The notes under the pieces are model-generated. The model was not told where the DNA came from and did no database searches. It saw only the letters and a program-made list of their open reading frames with translations. 64,000 nucleotides of DNA from an uncultured bacterium (GTDB lineage Bacteria > Eisenbacteria > RBG-16-71-46 > CAIMUX01 > WJJG01), in assembly GCA_964603725.1 (NCBI GenBank), contig CAZRWW010000020.1:3291-67290 (forward strand), given 5' to 3'. The position numbers were made by a program, and so were the translations under genes. This document shows positions 19,749 to 28,011 of this stretch, piece by piece. Positions within the stretch are counted from its first letter, which is position 1; every line of letters starts with the position of its first letter.

Positions 19749-21347
19749 TCACTCAACACGAATCAGAGCCAGCGCCCCGGGCTGTCCGATGGGGAACTCG
19801 GCGAGCGGGCGCGCCAGGTAGACGCCCCGGCTGACGCTGTGCCCGTGGCGATCGCGGCCGTCCCAATGAGCCACGAGGCGTCCATTGGGCGCCGCCATCA
19901 GCGGGAGCCGCGTCACGACCCGACCGGCGACGTCATGGATCGAGAGCATGACCGGCGGGGGGCCGCCGCTTCCTCGGAGGCCGGGCATGACGGGCGCGCA
20001 TGGGTCATGCCCCTGTACGGCCACGTAGATGGTCACCGCGCCCCTGGAGGGGTTGGGAGCGCACCTGGCATGGTAGGACAGCCCCACCGGGCACCCACCT
20101 GGTTGCTCCACAGCCGCGCTCCATTCACAGCCCACCGGGCAGGCGCCGATGAGCCCGCACTCCGGGCTCTGCTCGGGTGCGCAGGGCGAGCTGCCACGCA
20201 ATGTGAGCGGCTGCTCGGGGTTCAGCTCGAGACAATAGAGCGGATCCAGGCACAGGTTTCCGTCCTGGCCGAGCTGGCTGCTGATGTGGCCGGTCCAGTC
20301 ACCCCCGGCATTCCCGAAGATGTCGCAGCACTCGAAGGTGGGAATGAACGCTGGAACATCGCAGTAGACCGCCCCTCCCTGTGATCCGAAGGAAACGATC
20401 GTGTTGCGCATGACCGGCTGCGAACCGAAGCGGCAGGCCAGGCCGCCACCCACGTAGGCTCCGTTCGCGTGCAGCGTGCATCCCTGCAGGATCGGGGAGG
20501 AGTCGACGCAGTAGATCCCGCCCCCCATCGAGATCGCGGTATTGTCACTGATGATGCAGTCGGTCAGAAGGGCGTGCGAGGCCTGCCCGCAGTAGATCGC
20601 CCCACCTTGAATGGCCACGCCTCCGGAGATCCTCGACCTCTCGACCACGGGAGATGAGAGCGAATAGCAGAAGATGGCGCCACCCGTCTCGTAGGCCTGA
20701 TTGCCCTCGAAGACGCAGTCCTCAAGGACGGGCGATGCCGCGATGCACGAGAGCGCTCCGCCGGCCCACTCGAGTGCCTGGTTGCTCACGAACACGCACT
20801 CGCGCAGGATGGGATTCGAGGAACCGTCGCAAGCCACCGCTCCTCCCTCCGCGGCCACGTTGTTCGCGAAGATGCAGTTGCTCATCGCGGGCGAGCTGCC
20901 GTCGGTGCACAGGATCGCCCCGCCGCGACACCCAGGGCACGGGGCCATCGCCCGCCCGTTGACGATCCGCAGCCCCTCGATGCGGCTGTTCGAACCCTCG
21001 CCTTGCCCGAAGTAGAATCCCCGGTGGCAGACCTCCGGGTCTCCATCGCGCGCCGTGCAGTCGATGATGCACCGCGTCGGATCTCCGGATTGGGAGCGCA
21101 CCACCACGGCCTTGCCCAGAAAGTCGATGTTGTGGTTGTCGTCGCCCACGAAGGTCCCATCGGCCAGGAGAATCGTGTCGCCGTGGGTGGCGGCGGCCAT
21201 GGCCTGGCGGATCGTGGGGTAGTCTCCCGATCCGTCCGGAGCCACGTGGAGCGACACCGGGTGCGCCGCACCGGCCGCGCTGAGGAGGATCAGCCCGGCC
21301 GCGACCACGACGCGCCCCGCGCCTGTCGAGCTGGCGATGCTCCTCAT
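19749..21347 (-). CDS. Right-handed parallel beta-helix (pectin-lyase-fold) secreted protein with Cys-rich module and FlgD-Ig tail
   Basis: VAPDGSGDYPTIRQA, GGA(I/V)xC repeats, DPLYC...SPC...CGLIGA, WDGRD...GVYL. ATGA-coupled to the upstream paralog. Confidence 0.85.
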   Translation of the reverse strand: MRSIASSTGAGRVVVAAGLILLSAAGAAHPVSLHVAPDGSGDYPTIRQAMAAATHGDTILLADGTFVGDDNHNIDFLGKAVVVRSQSGDPTRCIIDCTARDGDPEVCHRGFYFGQGEGSNSRIEGLRIVNGRAMAPCPGCRGGAILCTDGSSPAMSNCIFANNVAAEGGAVACDGSSNPILRECVFVSNQALEWAGGALSCIAASPVLEDCVFEGNQAYETGGAIFCYSLSSPVVERSRISGGVAIQGGAIYCGQASHALLTDCIISDNTAISMGGGIYCVDSSPILQGCTLHANGAYVGGGLACRFGSQPVMRNTIVSFGSQGGAVYCDVPAFIPTFECCDIFGNAGGDWTGHISSQLGQDGNLCLDPLYCLELNPEQPLTLRGSSPCAPEQSPECGLIGACPVGCEWSAAVEQPGGCPVGLSYHARCAPNPSRGAVTIYVAVQGHDPCAPVMPGLRGSGGPPPVMLSIHDVAGRVVTRLPLMAAPNGRLVAHWDGRDRHGHSVSRGVYLARPLAEFPIGQPGALALIRVE

Positions 21348-22672
21348 CGCAACACCACCAGCGTCCGTGATGCGGCGTACGAGCCCGCAGTCACCCGACA
21401 CGCATAGACCCCGGCCGGCAACGCGGGCGTGATGCCCGCGACCAGGTCCAGGGTCGCCTCCCCGCGGCCACCGGGCCCGAGACGCACCGCGCCGCGCCAC
21501 GCGCAGCGCCCGCAGGCATCGTGAATGCTCACCGACGCGGTCGCGGCGATCGATCCGGCCGGAAGGTCGAGCACCAGGCGAAGAGATTCCCCTCCGCTGC
21601 GCAGCACCGAGGGCTGGATGCGCAGCCCATCCCCGTCCCTCGCCCAGGGCCCGGGCGTCACCGCCTGCCAGCTACACCCCACGCCCCAGGAGCCGATCAG
21701 ACCGCAGCCCGGGGTCATGCCCGGCGCACACGGGGAGTCGTCGCGCACGGCCCAGGGCTTGTCCGGGTTTTGATCGCCGCAGAAGAGCGGGTCGGCGCAG
21801 ATGTTCCCGTTGACGCCGTATTGCGGCGCGATCGCCCCGACCCAGTCGCCGCCCGCGTTGCCGAAGATATCGCAGCACGAGAGCGTGGCGGCCGCGCCCT
21901 GTTGGCAGTGGACCCCCGATCCGGCCGTGCTGAAGGCCATGATGCTGTTGGTGATCGTCGGACAGGTGCCCGCGTCGATGCAGCAGATGGCCCCACCGTA
22001 GTAGAAGCCGGCACCATCCACGAAGGTGCAGTTGTCGATGTGCGGCGTGGATCCGCCGTAGGCGAACACGCCGCCACCCCCATACGCCTCATTGGCTACG
22101 AACGTGCAGTGACTCACCAGGGGAGAGCCCTGGGCGATGAGCACACCTCCGCCGTAACGGGCCGTGTTGTTGATGAATAGGCACTCGATGATGGTCGGAG
22201 ACGTCACAGAGCAGAAGACCCCCGCGGCCCAGACCGTTGAGACGTTCTCGGAGAACACACAGCGCTTCAGGGTGGGCATCGCGTAGTTCGCGCAGATCAC
22301 CGCGGAGCCCACCGAGGAATACCCGTGCGCCACGGTGACGCCCTCGAGCGTGGCTTGCGGCAGCTCGCCCGAGTCGAACACGAAACCCCGTCCCGCCCCC
22401 TGGCAGTCGATCACGCACCTGGCGGGATCGCCCCTCTGCGAGCGGATCGTGATGAGCTTGCCCAGGAAGTTGATGTTGCGGTTGTCGGGTCCCTGGAAGA
22501 TGCCATCGGCCAGCTCGATGATATCCCCGCTGTGGACCGCCTGAACCGCGGCGCGGATGGTCGGGAAGTCGCCGGTGCCGTCGGGCTTCACCAGGTAGGT
22601 CGACACGGCGGCCCCATCGGCCGCGGCCCAAACACCGGCGGCGGCCAGCAGCAGGAGAAGGATGTGTCTCAT
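21344..22672 (-). CDS. Second beta-helix secreted paralog
   Basis: VKPDGTGDFPTIRAA, CCDIFGNAGGDW, DPLFC and C-terminal GVYACRV. Confidence 0.87.
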   Translation of the reverse strand: MRHILLLLLAAAGVWAAADGAAVSTYLVKPDGTGDFPTIRAAVQAVHSGDIIELADGIFQGPDNRNINFLGKLITIRSQRGDPARCVIDCQGAGRGFVFDSGELPQATLEGVTVAHGYSSVGSAVICANYAMPTLKRCVFSENVSTVWAAGVFCSVTSPTIIECLFINNTARYGGGVLIAQGSPLVSHCTFVANEAYGGGGVFAYGGSTPHIDNCTFVDGAGFYYGGAICCIDAGTCPTITNSIMAFSTAGSGVHCQQGAAATLSCCDIFGNAGGDWVGAIAPQYGVNGNICADPLFCGDQNPDKPWAVRDDSPCAPGMTPGCGLIGSWGVGCSWQAVTPGPWARDGDGLRIQPSVLRSGGESLRLVLDLPAGSIAATASVSIHDACGRCAWRGAVRLGPGGRGEATLDLVAGITPALPAGVYACRVTAGSYAASRTLVVLR

Positions 22673-22762
22673 GTCGGTACCCTCCTGTTACCAAGCGCTG
22701 GATCGCATGTCGATTCTCCGTCTTCCCTCAATCCTCTGACGCGGGCACCTTCTCCTAAGCTG

Positions 22763-23194
22763 CTATGGGCAGTTGGATTGCTTCACCGAGGTTCCCGTGG
22801 CTGGACAATCCTCCGGGCAGAGCATCACCACCTTGTACTGGTATCCGGCAACGCAGCCGGCTGCCGACGAGTCGACGTAAGTCATGCAGATGAAGTCACC
22901 CCAGGGATCTTCACATTCCTCAGGTTCTCCGTAGTACTCAACGGCGATGCGGACCCAATCGTCATACTCCGTACAGCAGCGCCGGTATATGTCGAACTTC
23001 ACGTCGCCGCATCCGGGAGAGATATCGAAGCACCACGTGATCTTGACCCCTCCCCCGGGATTGGGGTCGATGACGAGCGGGCAGCCTCCAAACTCACAGA
23101 CCCTTGCTTGACAGATGTCGGGCGTGAGGAACAGCAGCAGGATCAGACAGACAGACAGACAGACAGACAGCACGCTACTGGTTCTGGACATCAC
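22763..23194 (-). CDS. Small Cys-rich secreted protein (143 aa)
   Basis: AAGGAGG RBS, hydrophobic signal, about 13 Cys in the mature part, visibly lower GC than its neighbours. Confidence 0.7.
   Translation of the reverse strand: MMSRTSSVLSVCLSVCLILLLFLTPDICQARVCEFGGCPLVIDPNPGGGVKITWCFDISPGCGDVKFDIYRRCCTEYDDWVRIAVEYYGEPEECEDPWGDFICMTYVDSSAAGCVAGYQYKVVMLCPEDCPATGTSVKQSNCP
23144..23170. repeat. Tetranucleotide SSR (CAGA)6CAG in the signal-peptide coding region
   Basis: cagacagacagacagacagacagacag; encodes LSVCLSVCL on the minus strand. Confidence 0.95.
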
Positions 23195-23419
23195 TCGCCT
23201 CCTTCAGTGTGGGCACAAGAGTGACCGAGAATCCTGCACATGCGATCCAGTTGCCTTCAAGTGTAGTCTGGGGGCCAGGGGGTGTCAAGCAGTCCATGGC
23301 GGCGGTCATGGGCATGGTCGCAGCCATGTTCGCCTGGCTTCCCCCATCGCGTGGGGACCCGTCCGGAGAGAGAGCCTGCCACATCTCTAGCCGGATCGCG
23401 TTTGCATGCTCCCCGGTCC

Positions 23420-23491
23420 CTTTCGCATGTCCTGCGGTCCCTCTGTTGCTTTGGCTCACACATCGTGCAAAATCAGGCGAAGCCGTTTGGG
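23420..23491 (+). repeat. Copy 2 of the ~72-bp inverted repeat, ending in the RBS of the ABC operon
   Basis: GCGGTCCCTCTGTTGCTTTGGCTCACACATCGTGCAAAATCAGGCGAAGCCGTTTGGG, followed by AGGGG and a TTG start. Confidence 0.92.
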
Positions 23492-23502
23492 AGGGGTGCG
23501 AG

Positions 23503-24339
23503 TTGAACGCCAGGAAGTCCGGACAGCCTCTGCAACGTCGGGTATGCCCCCGCTGGGGTCGCTCCCGCTGGCCATCTCTCCTGCTGCTCCTCGCCCTGGC
23601 CGCCGGCTGGTCCTGCGGGCCCGGGGACGAGGACGCGATCGCGCGGATCCAGCGCACCGGCGTGCTGCGGATCGGCACCGACGCCACCTATCCGCCCTTC
23701 GAGTCGGTCGACCCGGCCACCGGCGAGCTGTCGGGCTTCGATGTCGACCTGGTGCGCGTCATCGCGGAGCGCCTGCGCGCCCGGGCGGAGTTCATCGTCG
23801 TGCCCTTCGACGGCATCGTGCCGGGGCTCAAGTCAGGCAAGTACGATTTGATCGTCTCGGCCATGACGATCACGCCCGAACGCGCCCGGCAGGTCCTGTT
23901 CACGCAGCCCTACACGGTCGCGGGCCAATCGATCGTCGTGCGCAGCTCCGAGGCTTCCGTCTCCGGCGCGGGCGACCTGGCGGGCAAGCGCATCGGCTGC
24001 CAGCTCGGCACGACCGGTGAGATGGAGGCCCGGAAGATCCCACGCGCCCAGGTGGTGAGCTTCGACGCCATCGGAGCCGCCTTCCGCGACCTCGAGAACG
24101 GCAATCTGGATGCGGCGATCGCCGACACGCCGACCGCGCGCATCTTCATCCGCGATCACGCCACGCTGCGCCTGGCCGGCGAGCCCCTGACCCGCGAGGA
24201 CTTCGGCATGGCCGTGCGCCCGCGGGACGCCGGCCTGGCCGAGGCGATCAACGAGATCCTGGACGCGCTGCGGGCCGATGGAACGATGCGGCTCATCGAG
24301 GAACGCTGGGGAATCGCCTCCCCCGGCGAATCCCCGTGA
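23503..24339 (+). CDS. Polar amino-acid ABC transporter substrate-binding protein
   Basis: LRIGTDATYPPFE, GFDVDL and FDGIVPGLKSGKYD motifs. Start uncertain (TTG after GGGAGG). Confidence 0.88.
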   Translation: MNARKSGQPLQRRVCPRWGRSRWPSLLLLLALAAGWSCGPGDEDAIARIQRTGVLRIGTDATYPPFESVDPATGELSGFDVDLVRVIAERLRARAEFIVVPFDGIVPGLKSGKYDLIVSAMTITPERARQVLFTQPYTVAGQSIVVRSSEASVSGAGDLAGKRIGCQLGTTGEMEARKIPRAQVVSFDAIGAAFRDLENGNLDAAIADTPTARIFIRDHATLRLAGEPLTREDFGMAVRPRDAGLAEAINEILDALRADGTMRLIEERWGIASPGESP

Positions 24340-24379
24340 TCCGCGCAGCGAGCTGAACCCCATTCGGGAGTGTGCCACG

Positions 24380-25039
24380 ATGGATCAACTGTCCCTGCTG
24401 GGTCGCATCGCGCTGTTCCTTCTGCCCACCGTGCCGCAAACGATCAAGATCACGATCATCTCCTTCGCGCTGGCATTGCTGCTGGGGCTGTTCGTCGGGG
24501 TCTTGCGGATCGCGCGCCGCGCGCCCTGGACCTGGATCGGCCGCTTGTACGTCGATGCCATCCGCGGCGTGCCGCTCCTGGTCTGGATCTTCTTCATCTA
24601 CTTCGGGCTGGGTCGGATCCTGCACCTGCCGCAGTTCCTGGCGGGCGTTCTGGCGATCGGGATCTGCTACAGCGCCTACGTGGGAGAGACGATCCGCGCC
24701 GGCATTCAGGCCATCGCGCGCGGGCAGTGGGAAGCGGCGGCCTCGCTGGGCCTCTCGCGCGGGCAGACCATGCGCCACATCATCCTGCCCCAGGCCGCGC
24801 GCGTCGTCGTGCCGCCCGTCATGAACGACTTCATCGCCTGCCTGAAGGACTCCTCCCTCGTTTCCATCATCGGACTGCGGGAGCTGACCCGGGCCGGCCG
24901 CGAGTACTCCTCGAGCACGTTCGTCGACTTTCAGACCTGGCTGATCGTCGGCCTGCTCTATCTGGCCATGACGATCGTGCTGACCAAGTGCTCGGCGCTC
25001 CTGGAAACCCGCCTGCGGCGATCGGAGGTCGCGGCCTGA
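24380..25039 (+). CDS. Polar amino-acid ABC transporter permease
   Basis: RGVPLLV, ETIRAGIQAI, GQWEAAASLGL and LKDSSLVS motifs. Confidence 0.93.
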   Translation: MDQLSLLGRIALFLLPTVPQTIKITIISFALALLLGLFVGVLRIARRAPWTWIGRLYVDAIRGVPLLVWIFFIYFGLGRILHLPQFLAGVLAIGICYSAYVGETIRAGIQAIARGQWEAAASLGLSRGQTMRHIILPQAARVVVPPVMNDFIACLKDSSLVSIIGLRELTRAGREYSSSTFVDFQTWLIVGLLYLAMTIVLTKCSALLETRLRRSEVAA

Positions 25040-25048
25040 CGCGCTCGG

Positions 25049-25129
25049 TGAGGATCCGCGGATGATCAAGGTCGATCAGGTGAGCACGCGTTGAGGAGCC
25101 CCGGATGATCAAGGTCGATCAAGTGAGCA
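25049..25129 (+). repeat. 38-bp direct duplication of the RBS and first codons of the ATPase gene (35/38 identical), creating a 10-aa uORF at 25062-25094
   Basis: TGAGGA...ATGATCAAGGTCGATCA(G/A)GTGAGCA at 25049 and 25092. Confidence 0.92.
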
Positions 25130-25827
25130 AGCGCTTCGGCGCCCACGTCGCTGTCGAGGCGGTCTCCTTTCACGTGCCCGCATCGACCGTCACGGTGCTC
25201 ATCGGTCCCTCGGGGTCCGGCAAGAGCACGGTGCTGCGGCTGATCAATGGCCTGGAACACCTCGACTCGGGGACGATCATCCTCGATGGTCTCCCGCTCG
25301 ATCCCGCCGGCAGCAACCTGGAGAAGATCCGCGCCGAGACGGGGATGGTCTTCCAGCAGTTCAATCTCTTCCCGCACCTGCGCGTGATCGAGAACCTCAC
25401 GCTCGCCCCCAGGCTCGTCCGGCGCCGTCCGGCCGGCGCCGTGCGGGATGAGGCTTGCGCCCTCCTCGAGAAGGTCGGCCTGGCGGACAAGGCCGAGCGC
25501 TATCCGGCGCAGCTCTCCGGGGGGGAGCAGCAGCGTGTGGCCATCGCCCGCGCGCTGTGCATGAAGCCCAAGGTCATGCTGTTCGACGAGCCCACCTCAT
25601 CGCTCGATCCCGAGATGATCCAGGAAGTGCTGGAGGTGATGAAGTCGCTCGCCCGCGAGGGCATGACGATGGTCGTGGCCACCCACGAGATGGGGTTCGC
25701 CCGCGAGGTGGCGCACGAGGTGCTCTTCCTCGACCGCGGCCGGCTGATCGAGGCTGGGCCGCCCGAGCAGATCTTCACGCGGCCGCGCGAGGATCGCACG
25801 CGGTCGTTCCTGGCGAAGGTGCTCTGA
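25105..25827 (+). CDS. Polar amino-acid ABC transporter ATP-binding protein (GlnQ-like)
   Basis: [34 protein letters not shown] and [11 protein letters not shown] motifs. Confidence 0.95.
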   Translation: MIKVDQVSKRFGAHVAVEAVSFHVPASTVTVLIGPSGSGKSTVLRLINGLEHLDSGTIILDGLPLDPAGSNLEKIRAETGMVFQQFNLFPHLRVIENLTLAPRLVRRRPAGAVRDEACALLEKVGLADKAERYPAQLSGGEQQRVAIARALCMKPKVMLFDEPTSSLDPEMIQEVLEVMKSLAREGMTMVVATHEMGFAREVAHEVLFLDRGRLIEAGPPEQIFTRPREDRTRSFLAKVL

Positions 25828-25953
25828 CGGCGCCTTTCGTGGCTGCAGCGGCAGGTGCGGCGGATCCGCGCGGCGGCAGGCCGCCCGCGCCCCCCCAGAC
25901 GCGAGCGACCCCCACCGCTCGAGCGACTCCGAATGTCCCGGGTAGCTCCCTGC

Positions 25954-27816
25954 CTATCCGACCACCGTGAGGCGATCGGTCAGCGTGACGGAGCCGCTTG
26001 AGAACCTACACAGGTACACGCCGGCCGCCAGGCCACGCACGCTCAGACGGTGCTCGCCCGCGGAGAGGAACCCATCGGCCAGGGCAGCCACGCGCCGCCC
26101 GGTCGCGTCGTACAGGTCCAGACTGACGCGACAGGACTCCGGCAGCGACAAGCGAACCTCCCCTTCTCCGCGGGCCGGGCCGGGCACATGCAGCCCGAAG
26201 CCGCGGGCACCGGATTGCGCGCCGTGCGGACCGGCGGATGCCGATTCCCATGACAGGCGAATCTCCTCGAGCACGGGCGATACGGATGGGTCGCCGGTGT
26301 CGAGCAGGACCTTGTACTGCAGGTAGCGTCCGAGCAGGTCGCTCACCTGGCCGGGCGATGCCAGCGGCACCGACCAGGGGCCCAGCTCCTCGGGATCCTC
26401 GCCGCTGCGCAGGCACACGCCCAGGCTCGTTCCGGCCGGTGTGCGCGCGCTCCAGCCGACGTCAACGGACGGCGGCGCCCCGCACAGATCGAGGACGGTG
26501 CCGGTCAACTCGCCGGCCGACTTGAACTGCGCCGCCCGCCACCAGGCGAACTCGCCAGGCAGGCGGGAGGTCGCCAGCAGGTCGAGTGCGCCATCGCCAT
26601 CCACGTCGCCGGCGCGGATGTTCATCGGATTGGGCCAGCTCGTCGTGAGATTGTGCTCCTCCCACACGAGCGGGTCGCCGCCCGCGTTGCGCCACCAGGC
26701 GACCGTGCTGTCGTAGTAGGCCGTGGCCATCACATCCAGACGACCGTCGCCGTCGACGTCGCCGGTCCAGACGCAGTGCCCGCCGTTGAACGCGGCGTCG
26801 ATGTCCTGGCGGGTCCAGGAGAGCGGCTCGCCGCCGTCATTGCGCCACCAGGTCACGTGATTCGCGAAGGCGGTCGCAACGACATCCAGCCGGCCGTCGC
26901 GGTTGATGTCGGCGACGTGCACGGCGCGCGCACCAGCGAAGCCCGAGGCGATGATGTGACGTTCCCAGACGATCGGATCGCCGCCCTGATTGCGCCACCA
27001 GGCCACATAGTTGTGCGTTCCGGCCGCGCCGACCACGTCCAGATCGCCATCGTCATCGAGATCGATCGCATACGCGTCGTGCGCGCCGCCGAAGTTGCCG
27101 TCGATGACTTGCCGGGTCCACGTGACCGGCTCGCCGCCGTTGTTCCGCCACCAGATGACGTCGCCGAGGCTCCACGACGTGGCCAGGACGTCGGGCCGCC
27201 CGTCGCGGTTGATGTCGGCGGTGGTGATCGAGCACGAGACGGGGCAGTAGTTGTCGAGGACCTGGCGGGTCCAGGTGATCGGCAGGCCGCCGTCGTTGCG
27301 CCACCAGGCCACCTTGTTGCCCGGGGTCTCGGCCGCGGCCACGATGTCCAGGTCGCCATCCCCGTCGATGTCGTCTGTGTGCACGCCGCTCGCGCCCGGG
27401 AAGGCGGCGTCGACGAGCTGCTGCGTCCAGCCCGGGGGAGACTGACCGTCGTTGTACCAGAGCGCCACGACCTGCGCCTGGCCGGCCCCGCCGATGACGT
27501 CGATGTCACCGTCCTGGTCGATGTCGACCGGGTGGACTCCGAAGGCGACCGCCAGCTCCCCGGCGATCGTGTGCTTCTGGGGCACCGCCAGCGGTTCGCC
27601 GGCCAGGGCGATCTGCCCCGGCAGGGCGAGCCAGGAGACGTCCTGGCAGGCCGCGAAGCGGTCGGTCCACTCCGTGACGGGGCCGATCTGCCCGTCCCCC
27701 TGACACCAGTCGGTCTGGGCGGCCTCCAGAGCCAGCGCCGCGCCCGCGAATCCGCAGCAGGCTCCACTCACGAGCAGCATGAAACCTCGGACCATCGATC
27801 CGTAACGCCTGTTCAT
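25954..27816 (-). CDS. FG-GAP/VCBS repeat beta-propeller secreted protein with C-terminal Ig-like tail
   Basis: About 7 repeats of DxDxDGxxD(V/I)...WWRNxGG; C-terminal LYDATGRRV...GVYLCR. Confidence 0.88.
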   Translation of the reverse strand: MNRRYGSMVRGFMLLVSGACCGFAGAALALEAAQTDWCQGDGQIGPVTEWTDRFAACQDVSWLALPGQIALAGEPLAVPQKHTIAGELAVAFGVHPVDIDQDGDIDVIGGAGQAQVVALWYNDGQSPPGWTQQLVDAAFPGASGVHTDDIDGDGDLDIVAAAETPGNKVAWWRNDGGLPITWTRQVLDNYCPVSCSITTADINRDGRPDVLATSWSLGDVIWWRNNGGEPVTWTRQVIDGNFGGAHDAYAIDLDDDGDLDVVGAAGTHNYVAWWRNQGGDPIVWERHIIASGFAGARAVHVADINRDGRLDVVATAFANHVTWWRNDGGEPLSWTRQDIDAAFNGGHCVWTGDVDGDGRLDVMATAYYDSTVAWWRNAGGDPLVWEEHNLTTSWPNPMNIRAGDVDGDGALDLLATSRLPGEFAWWRAAQFKSAGELTGTVLDLCGAPPSVDVGWSARTPAGTSLGVCLRSGEDPEELGPWSVPLASPGQVSDLLGRYLQYKVLLDTGDPSVSPVLEEIRLSWESASAGPHGAQSGARGFGLHVPGPARGEGEVRLSLPESCRVSLDLYDATGRRVAALADGFLSAGEHRLSVRGLAAGVYLCRFSSGSVTLTDRLTVVG

Positions 27817-28011
27817 CTTCGATCTCCCTCCGATGACCTCCGACTCCTCTCCGGCGACACGCAAACCCCGCGCCCCCTGTGAAGGTAGCCCGGAGCCATT
27901 GCCAGCGGCCTCACGGAGGGCTAAGGTTTGCCTCAGGATTCGCTCAAAGCAGCGCAGGGCGACGAACAGGCGGGGTGCTCACCCCCTTACGGCGACAGCC
28001 GGGAAGGTCCC

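Noticed and set aside
19195-23491. Repeat pair considered as a DGR template/variable region
   Set aside because: Mismatches are not confined to adenines, the copies are non-coding and inverted, and there is no reverse transcriptase in the window.
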